The notes under the pieces are model-generated. The model was not told where the DNA came from, did not search any database, and saw nothing but the letters and a program-made list of their open reading frames with translations. A stretch of 32,618 nucleotides of DNA from Nemertoderma westbladi (Eukaryota > Animalia > Xenacoelomorpha): the NCBI GenBank assembly GCA_032718475.1, contig JAUCBJ010004213.1, positions 1 to 32,618 on the forward strand. The letters are read 5' to 3'. Below are positions 24,291 to 32,618 of this stretch, piece after piece. Within the stretch, counting starts at the first letter, position 1, and the number at the start of each line of letters is the position of its first letter. The position numbers and the translations under genes were made by a program.

Positions 24291-24685
24291 CATGGGACAG
24301 CCCAGACTCCCTATTTTTATAACTGTTTGCGCTGTCTGGAATGTGGTCATCCTGCCACACCTGCTGTTGGAAACTAATTCATGTTCACCATCTTCCATCA
24401 GAATTGATTGCTCGTCATTTACAAACGCTATTGATTGCCATAGAATCCGGTAGAGTGCCATACTCAAGATTGATGCTATGAGAATCCGTAGGCCTAAGAG
24501 ATAAAACAATCCCTTCTCAATTATTATTGTCTCAACACTTTCTAAAATTACCGGCTGAAGTTCTGTGCCATCATCATCTCTGATATTGTTATTGTAGACT
24601 TCTAAAACAGATAAATCTTGATTTGTCATTGCTTCACCATGAACATCTTCAGCTACACTCACTACTGATTGAACATCTCCAGCTA

Positions 24686-26069
24686 AATTCTATAATCGGC
24701 CTGCTGCATTGAAACTGGTCATTGAGATGCTGGCTTAACAAAAATATTTTGCTACCACCATGTATTCCACAATTGACAAGCCCAATGCTGGGTGCATTAA
24801 GAATGCTATGCCGGCTTATCTACAAAGATTCACCGCCACAACTCCCTATCCCCCATGACTTTCGCGAGCGAGACTATTCACATCTACAAAACCTGTGTCC
24901 TGTAAGATGCGTCTCACAAAAGTCATGGGCTGTCCACCATGCTTATTTTCTCCATGGGGCTGCCAAAGCACAAGATTGTGCACTGCACAGGCTGGTCCTC
25001 ACTGCGAAAACAATCTCCTGCAAAGTGGAGGCGGCTTTGTTCAAGGGTCAAGTTTGGGGGAACCAATGAGACACCACCAATGTTATATAGTGTTTGGTTG
25101 GAGATGTGTGACCATTGTACTTGACACAGTGACCCTGACGTAGCATTCTTGTAAATGTCCCATCCAGAGATTTGGTGTCCACAGCAGTTAGATCCCAGCA
25201 TGGACTCCCATAGAGGAGTACTGGGACTATTGCTGCTCTAAATAATCGGACCTTAGTTTCCGATTAATTCTCTGACTTCCAAATCCTGGAAAGCCTATTC
25301 AAGGATGCCCATGCCTTTCCCTTACGTATTCGAAGGTCCTCACCTGACTTCCGGATCAATGATCCCAAGTAACAGAAGTCGTCCACATGCACAAGCATAC
25401 CATTCTTTGAGCTTATGCTCATCCGATCGGATATTTCCTGAGGACTTTCAAAATTAACTGTTAAAATGTTGGCCTTCTAAGAGTTAATAAAAAGACCAAC
25501 ACTAGAAGCAGCATGTTCTAATGAACTGAGGAGCTGTTCGGCTCCTTCTAGTGATTATGAGAGTACTCCTAAAGTCATCAGCAAAGTCTTGATCAGTTAG
25601 GTACTTGGCAGGATTTCCTCGACTTCTGGAGCCAGTAGGTGGAGTTATCATCACCCCATCATCATTATGATGATCTAAGGACATTAGTAGAACATAGTCA
25701 ACCACAATTATGAACAAGAATGGCGCAAGTGTGCCACCCTGGAGGACTCCCCATAACATTTCGAATAGTTCTGTGTCACCGTCAACAGTAGTAGCAATAG
25801 CACAAATAGTACAAATGTCTTCGAACCATCTTACTAATCTGATTGCTGACATAATTCCATCAGGAATCGCATATAATGAAATTATGCGGAACATACGTGA
25901 GCGAGAGACTGAATCAAAGGGCCTGAGTCAAAAAAAACAAAGCCAACAAAGTCAACAAAGCTAACAGCCAGATGTCTGTCTTTCTTTTTTTATAACTCTT
26001 CAATTATCCTTCTAAGTTAAAAAATGGGCTCACAGGGTCCCACGACCTTTATACGCAACCGTAATCATT
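24686..26069 (-). mobile_element. RTE family 1, longest copy (RT core to 3' end), inserted at the edge of the 30-bp minisatellite
   Basis: GVLQGGTLAPFLFIIVVDY and TDQDFADD; 3' half colinear with 13438-14190. Flanked by TCCAGCTA at 24678-24685 and 26070-26077. Confidence 0.9.
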
Positions 26070-27410
26070 TCCAGCTACACTCAAAACTGATTGAACATCT
26101 CCAGCTATTCTCACTACCGGTTGAACATCTCCAGTTACACTCAGTACTGGTTGAACATCTTCAGCTACACTCACTTCCGGTTGAGCATCTCCAGCTACAC
26201 TCACTACCGGTTGAATATTTCCAGTTACTCTCACTACCAGTTGAACATCTTCAGTTACACTCAGTACTGGTTGAACATCGTCAGCTACACTCACTACCGG
26301 TTGAACATCTCCAGCTACACTCACTACCGGTTGAACATCTCCAGCTACACACACTACCGGTTGAACATCTTCAGTTACACTCACTACCAGTTGAACATCT
26401 CCAGTTACACTCAGTACTGGTTGAACATCTTCAGCTACACTCACTTCCGGTTGAACATCTCCAGCTACACTCACTACCGGTTGAATATTTCCAGTTACTC
26501 TCACTACCAGTTGAACATCTTCAGTTACACTCAGTACTGGTTGAACATCGTCAGCTACACTCACTACCGGTTGAACATCTCCAGCTACACTCACTACCGG
26601 TTGAACATCTCCAGCTACACTCACTACCGGTTGAACATCTCCAGCTACACACACTACCGGTTGAACATCTTCAGTTACACTCACTACCAGTTGAACATCT
26701 CCAGTTACACTCAGTACTGGTTGAACATCTTCAGCTACACTCACTTCCGGTTGAACATCTCCAGCTACACTCACTACCGGTTGAATATTTCCAGTTACTC
26801 TCACTACCAGTTGAACATCTTCAGTTACACTCAGTACTGGTTGAACATCGTCAGCTACACTCACTACCGGTTGAACATCTCCAGCTACACTCACTACCGG
26901 TTGAACATCTCCAGCTACACACACTACCGGTTGAACATCTTCAGTTACACTCACTACCAGTTGAACATCTCCAGTTACACTCAGTACTGGTTGAACATCT
27001 TCAGCTACACTCACTTCCGGTTGAACATCTCCAGCTACACTCACTACCGGTTGAATATTTCCAGTTACTCTCACTACCAGTTGAACATCTTCAGTTACAC
27101 TCAGTACTGGTTGAACATCGTCAGCTACACTCACTACCGGTTGAACATCTTCAGCTACACTCACTTCCGGTTGAACATCTCCAGCTACACTCACTACCGG
27201 TTGAATATTTCCAGTTACTCTCACTACCAGTTGAACATCTTCAGTTACACTCAGTACTGGTTGAACATCGTCAGCTACACTCACTACCGGTTGAACATCT
27301 CCAGCTACACTCACTACCGGTTGAACATCTCCAGCTACACTCACTACCGGTTGAACATCTCCAGCTACACACACTACTGGTTGAACATCTTCAGCTACAC
27401 TCACTACTAG
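26070..27410. repeat. 30-bp minisatellite, about 45 copies, consensus CCAGCTACACTCACTACCGGTTGAACATCT; about 1.5 further units at 24641-24685
   Basis: Directly visible. The unit is a multiple of 3, which explains the three long repeat ORFs in the track. Confidence 0.98.
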
Positions 27411-27464
27411 AGTATATCTACAGTTCTATAAAATAACTTGTAAATGGTCCAGTAAACTTGTTAA

Positions 27465-27685
27465 TAATCTTGTACTTTGGCAGCCTCATGGAGTGAATAA
27501 GCATGGTGGACAGCCCATGACTTTCTTGAGACGCATCTTAAAGGACACTGGCCTTGAAGATGCGGATGATCTAGCAAATGTCATGGGTGATAGGGAGTTG
27601 TGGCGTTGCAATTTTGTGGACATGCCGGCACAGCATTCTTAAAATCCACCTGCAATGCAGCGTGCCGATCCTAGTAGTAGTAGTA
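27465..27685 (+). mobile_element. RTE family 1, short 3'-end copy in the opposite orientation
   Basis: Near-identical reverse complement of about 13396-13615 (NLVLWQPHGVNKHGGQPMTFLRRILKDTG...AQHS*); (TAG)n tail. Confidence 0.92.
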
Positions 27686-28264
27686 TAAATGGAACCCCCC
27701 CCCCCCCCCAGATTTTCGCCAAAGGTTAAAATAAGCATTACAAATTTTCAGCTATTTAAAAATACTGTTAGGTGTTGAGTAGGCAACCTATTCATTCTAA
27801 TACTAATACACTAGACCTACTTCAAAACTCACTCCATTAATTATTTCAAGGCCAATCATCCTATCATATTGTGGCAAACGGGCATTTTGGGGGTTTTATC
27901 AGAACGAATCATTAAAAGTCCCTCTGACATTTAACTAATAAGAAACCCCCTAATATCTAATTTAAGGGGTTTTATCAGAAATTAAATCCCATATTGAAGG
28001 TGCTTAAACAGAGTTTGTTCCTACTTAGCGGGTTTTAACAGATCAAGCGATATTTAGACGGGATCTTATTTTGCGTTTTTCTCTGTTATTAACGCTGTTT
28101 TAACTTCTGGGGTTTTGTCAGAAGGTGGATATCAATCTAAGGTACCAGAATCACCAAAAACCTGAAAATGGCAAAAAATCGACCAGATTACCCACGTAAT
28201 GGAGTCGTTAGAATGATATTGAGGGCTTGGAAAAAATCACAGCTGATAAACATCAATGGATCTT

Positions 28265-28510
28265 TAGAGACAGGGGGGAAACTGGACGCAAATCCCACCT
28301 TGGCGAATTAATATCCCGCCTCAATGTTAAATTCTCAATTTAGGGAAAGGAGCAGGTTATAGTGGCACGTTATTTTAACCAAAACAATAAACTAAACATA
28401 ATAGAACTGGTTACAGTTTTATTTTTGAGAGTAATCAGCTGTTATTTTCATCCAATTTCCCTTGGAGAGGGATGAATTTTTATTGCGTCCAATTTCCTCC
28501 CCTATCTGCA
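28265..28510. mobile_element. Small MITE family A, copy 4 (best-preserved TIRs)
   Basis: Left end AGACAGGGGGGAAACTGGACGCAA and right end TTGCGTCCAATTTCCTCCCCTATCT form an imperfect TIR of about 25 bp; shared internal core. Confidence 0.7.
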
Positions 28511-29196
28511 TAATATATAAATTATATTAATATGAGTTGGAGATAATTTTATTAATGTTATATTTATATTTTTTTATATTTATTGTGATAATATGTGATG
28601 ATGAATTACTCGGAGTTCGATAAGATACTTTTTGTATATTTACAGAATGAGACTACAGACAGAATGATTAAAGGAGTTTTCAAGGGCAGTCATCAAAAAT
28701 AATTCTATTACGTAATTTTTATTTATGAAAAGATCATTCGAATTATCTCATTTATATACTCGGAATTCCGCACTCTAAAGGAAATTTTATTAAAAAGAAA
28801 TAGTACAGGCCCCAGGGATTGATCTTCAGCTCGTTAATAACTAATAATAATTCATATTTGATGTAGCGATCGAGGTAACGTTACCGGTTGAGCCCAAGGG
28901 ATAGATGAGTTGATCTGAATGAGGTGCATCAAGTAGGCTTCGTATAGTACTGTAGTAAGCTGCACCCCCCGAACCCAAGGGCTCCTTTAGGGACACCGAT
29001 CAAAGGATTTCTGACAATATTTCTTGATCTTTATTTAACCGTTATATCGATTATTTAGAATAACTTTTCAAATTGTAGGTTGAAAACAGGGTGATGAACA
29101 GGTTTTAAGATGGATAATTACGTAATTTTTTATTTTTGGTTTAAATTCAGAACTTAAATTACTATGTACAATAGGGAGGTATTTAAGTTATTTTAC

Positions 29197-29322
29197 CTTA
29201 AAACGAGGCAACTTGAGCAAAGTTTCCACTGCTTCTATGCACTCTATGTCTATGGAATGTAACAAAGTATCAACAGCTTGTTCATCCTTAACGGACTCTT
29301 CTATGGAATCGGATCGCATTCT
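29197..29322 (-). CDS. TRPC: TRPC-like channel, coding exon 2 (ankyrin repeat 3); not in the ORF track
   Basis: Acceptor gtatttcAG at 29324-29323, donor AAG/GTAAAA at 29196; 126 nt, phase 0-0. Encodes RMRSDSIEESVKDEQAVDTLLHSIDIECIEAVETLLKLPRFK, resembling TRPC ANK3 DALLHAIxxExVEAVELLL, and joins exon 3 in frame across a 19.6-kb intron. Confidence 0.85.
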
Positions 29323-29835
29323 CTGAAATACAAGTAATGCACCAAATTTATTTACAATAAACTTTACCGGTAATAATAATCATTACAGTTAGATAACTGA
29401 AAAATTATCAATGAAATCAATATTTTTTTATATATAATATACAGTAGGTCCTACATGTTGGCAACTACAGTATACTCTCACTTATATACAACAACCATTT
29501 TTAGAGCAGGTAGGAGCAGTGATCAATGATGCATATTGTTGAGTTTTGTTTTAATTTATGTGCGCAAAAACGAGGTGCAGTTACTTGCCCAATGAGTCAG
29601 TCACTTGACCAATACAATTTTTTAAATTAAACTAAAACTGAGTCACTTCCCCAATGAATCATTTCCCCAATAAGTTGCTAAAAATCACCCGATTCTAGAA
29701 AGTTATTTTTATACCCTTTAGACATAGACATGCGTCTATTACATGCAACATATTGATAATAAATGTTCCGGTTATGGAATTAAACTCAAATTATTTATGT
29801 TTATAATTATTTCGCAGGCATAACAAACCCTAAAT

Positions 29836-30643
29836 TCTACAAATTTAATATCCGCACTTCCTTAATAACAATAAAGACATTATTTAGCGCGGTTCATTCA
29901 ACGTTTTTTCATGTGCTGTATTCTGTGGGGAACCATCGGTACATCCTAGTTACAGTTTGAATTTACTTTTTTTGTCATTCCCCAGCAAAGTTGAAGTTCC
30001 AGCTGCATTGGGAGGGCGGTGGTGATCCCGACTAGCATGCTGGTTTAGTGAACCTCCTCTTCGCGGCAGAACCATTCCAACCCATCCAACCCTCGAACCA
30101 CCCGACCCCACCTCTTCGCGGCCGAACCATTCCACCTAACCCACCAAATAACCAAATGCCATACGCGGCCGATGATTGTATAAATTCAAAAGAGCTTTAG
30201 GCCTACTGTAGTTTTAGATACTTTTGATTTGATTATTACAATGATAAATTCAAAGCGCAATATTTCGGCAATATACTGATATACTTTCGACCAATATTCC
30301 ATGTATTCCGCAATATACCTATCGATACAGCTATAATAATAAAGTAATATTTATAGTTAACCCCCCCCCTGGATGCTCCCATGCAGTAAAACATTATTAC
30401 ATTCAATTTTTCCGACCTCATCTGTATGTAATTATGTGAACACCATATAATAATATTGATAATGATTCCCTATGTAAAACCAAGACAATAGATTGGGCGT
30501 AACGCGTCTTTTTGACTTTTGAGTAGCCGTACCGCGACTTTCAAAATCGCGTTACATTCTACACATTCTACAAACTTAATTTCCGCACTTCCATAATACC
30601 ATTAAAGACATTATTTAGCGCGGTTCATTCAACGTTTTTCCAT
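29836..30643. repeat. Direct repeat pair of about 78 bp (about 29836-29913 and 30566-30643)
   Basis: TTCTACAAA.TTAAT.TCCGCACTTCC.TAATA.CA.TAAAGACATTATTTAGCGCGGTTCATTCAACGTTTTT occurs twice. Confidence 0.85.
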
Positions 30644-31088
30644 CGCTTTGGACGCTACATAGTTGTAAAGATTCGCAATTGAAGGAGCTGATATAATAAT
30701 TTTTTTAATTTTTTTAACACTTTGAGATTAAAACAAGGCCATAAAGTAGAAACTTCCAGTCCCCACCCCCCCCCCCCCGTATTGGACCTACTGTACCTAC
30801 CGTATTGGGAAAATGACTTTTCTATTTTAATCTATTGGGCAAGTGATAGTTAACCGCAAAAACAGCTCAGATTGTTCAATATTATTGTTTGTATAAACTT
30901 GAATATAGAAACTACACGTGCATATATTATATTATCGATATAATATTAGCTGTTTACAATTTTTAAATTGTTAATGAACCAAAAACGACGTGACTGAAAG
31001 TCACGTTGTTACCGAAATCTAACTTGGTATTTCTGTAGTGTGTCAAAAATATAATTTGCGTGGTCTGACTCTTCAGTTCTCCAGTCTC

Positions 31089-31102
31089 CCGCTAGAGGGC
31101 AA
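31089..31102 (+). promoter_or_regulatory. Candidate CTCF-binding motif
   Basis: CCGCTAGAGGGCAA resembles the CTCF core CCxCxAGxGGGC. Motif match only. Confidence 0.3.
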
Positions 31103-31203
31103 CAAGGAAACAGAAAGCGAATAGTGGTGCCCTTATGATAAACTTGCGTACTTGATCCTGGGCGAAGACCTCCACCCCCACCAATCTGTTAGCTGTTACT
31201 CAC

Positions 31204-31338
31204 CTTGTATCGGGTTGTTCCGCTGCTACTATTATTACTAAGTCGTCTTCCGGACCAGGTTATTTTGTTTGGAATCGGTATTGACATTCGGCGTCGTTCT
31301 GTGGTGGGCAAGCTCAGTCGATAGGATCGGTGATCCAT
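31204..31338 (-). CDS. TRPC: Probable first coding exon of the TRPC-like gene; not in the ORF track
   Basis: ATG in ideal Kozak context CCACCATGG at 31338, in-frame TAA 33 nt upstream, 45 open codons (MDHRSYRLSLPTTERRRMSIPIPNKITWSGRRLSNNSSSGTTRYK) and a consensus donor AAG/GTGAGT in phase 0. Candidate UTR acceptor at 31388-31387. No homology support, so linkage to exon 2 is inferred. Confidence 0.65.
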
Positions 31339-31559
31339 GGTGGATGGTTGGCCGCACCACGGATCGAGTTAGGGAAAGCAGACGACCTAATGCACAATAC
31401 GATAGTCATTGTCGATAAATATATCTACGAGAACGGTATAGTATAAACAATGTAATATAACTTTCTATAACAAAATATATTTGCACCAACACGCTCTTTT
31501 ACATTAGGATTGGCTTTCACTTAGGTGAAGCGCAGACAGACCCAGTAACATGTCGCTGC

Positions 31560-31945
31560 AGATATCAAGGTCAGCCATTCACCTTATTCTCATGTGCGGT
31601 AAATTTGAGTACCGGTAGGTGTTTGAAGAAAGTAATTGGCTGCCCACCACGCCTATTCACACCATCATTAGGAAGACACAACACAAGGTTGGGTTGACGT
31701 TGTTCCTGCCCAGCAAGTCTCAGGCGGCGTCTCTGCAGGGTGATGCTGTGTCTTGGCAATGATGTGTTGCCATAGTTGTATAACACGTTATTGCTTATGT
31801 GTGCATCAAGAGGCAATATTGTGTTGAGCATCTTGCATCCTGGTCGGTATATGTGCCATCATGAGACCTGGTGTCTGCAGCAGTTAGAACCCAGCATGGG
31901 CTGCCATGGAGCAGCACTGTCACCACTACCGCGGCACGGAGGCTT
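31560..31945 (-). mobile_element. Old RTE remnant related to family 1
   Basis: VLLHGSPCWVLTAADTRS, HISNNVLYN, LQRRRLRLAG and GVNRRGGQPITF. Confidence 0.75.
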
Positions 31946-32618
31946 CTTTTACACACATACTATCAGAGTGTGTGTTGGGGCAGATATATCTTGTTTAAAT
32001 GCACTCATTTAATAGGAAAAAATATTCAAAAGATTCCACAAAAGACAAATTAGATTGAAATTATATAGGATGTCTGCAACCCAAAATGATGTATGTAAGT
32101 GAACTTATATTATAATACCAATAATCTAATATGCACTCCTACAGTATACTTATTATAAATAGGTATATAGTATACAATATTTTTTGTAAGAAAATTTGAA
32201 GTCGCAGTTGCAGACAGTATAAGGGGTATATCAATGACGTCAATGCTAGACATAATTTATGTTATGGAGAGATTATTTATACCAGGTTTGGTACCGCAGG
32301 AAATCTTGTACTTCACAGATGAGGTCTGTTAACTTTCACAAGTCTAAAATCCCCCCAGTTGTGTTGCTTCTCATACTATTCCTGTCTATTGGTAGATGAG
32401 TGAGCCAGGAATAATTTGTGTGCCTGGATGGGTTTATATGGACTTTGGGTTGAAATGACTTTTCTCCCTCCCATCAGTGATGGCGCCATACTGAAAATAG
32501 CAGAGGAGAGAGCGCCATAGATGCTTACTAACTTGTCAATCAAATATTTAATCAGGTAATATCGAATTTTTAATTTCATATATGAACATTATTAAATACA
32601 AATTCGCACTTTTTAATT

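Noticed and set aside
26024-27436. Plus-strand 470-aa (LQLHSLPVEH)n and 439-aa (NISSYTHYRL)n proteins, superficially LRR-like
   Set aside because: A 30-bp unit is open in several frames by arithmetic. The 470-aa ORF starts inside the RTE copy and neither has a meaningful unique domain.
29442-30793. Mariner-like element bounded by TA|CAGTAGGTCC ... GGACCTACTG|TA
   Set aside because: The inverted match is only 10 bp and resembles the abundant TAGGCCTACTGTA word; insufficient support.

Overview
Eukaryotic (animal) genomic DNA, not prokaryotic. AT-rich introns, GT-AG splicing and RTE/L2 LINEs point to an invertebrate; an echinoderm or other marine deuterostome is an inference only. Almost the whole window is one minus-strand spliced gene for a divergent canonical TRP (TRPC-family) channel. 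I reconstructed seven phase-compatible coding exons by hand: 31338-31204, 29322-29197, 9581-8590, 8100-7925, 7318-7129, 2290-2092 and 91-<1. They give about 636 codons and the gene runs off the left edge just after the TRP box. The protein keeps the TRPC hallmarks (GPLQISL, LFW pore helix, EWKFAR, LPxPFN). It also has a remodelled pore (filter Gly to Asn, conserved S6 Asn to Arg), no His/Cys zinc motif, and apparently only two ankyrin repeats behind a kinase-motif-rich leader. The introns hold a 4.3-kb 16-bp satellite, 30-bp and 32-bp minisatellites, several decayed LINEs (RTE, L2/CR1, RTEX-like, some nested), a tRNA-derived SINE, an 889-bp foldback MITE and a four-copy small MITE family. There is no CRISPR array, rRNA or genuine tRNA gene. 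The best candidate for something new is the atypical channel; the second is a minisatellite-encoded ORF that was split by a LINE. Transposon boundaries are approximate unless a TSD is stated.
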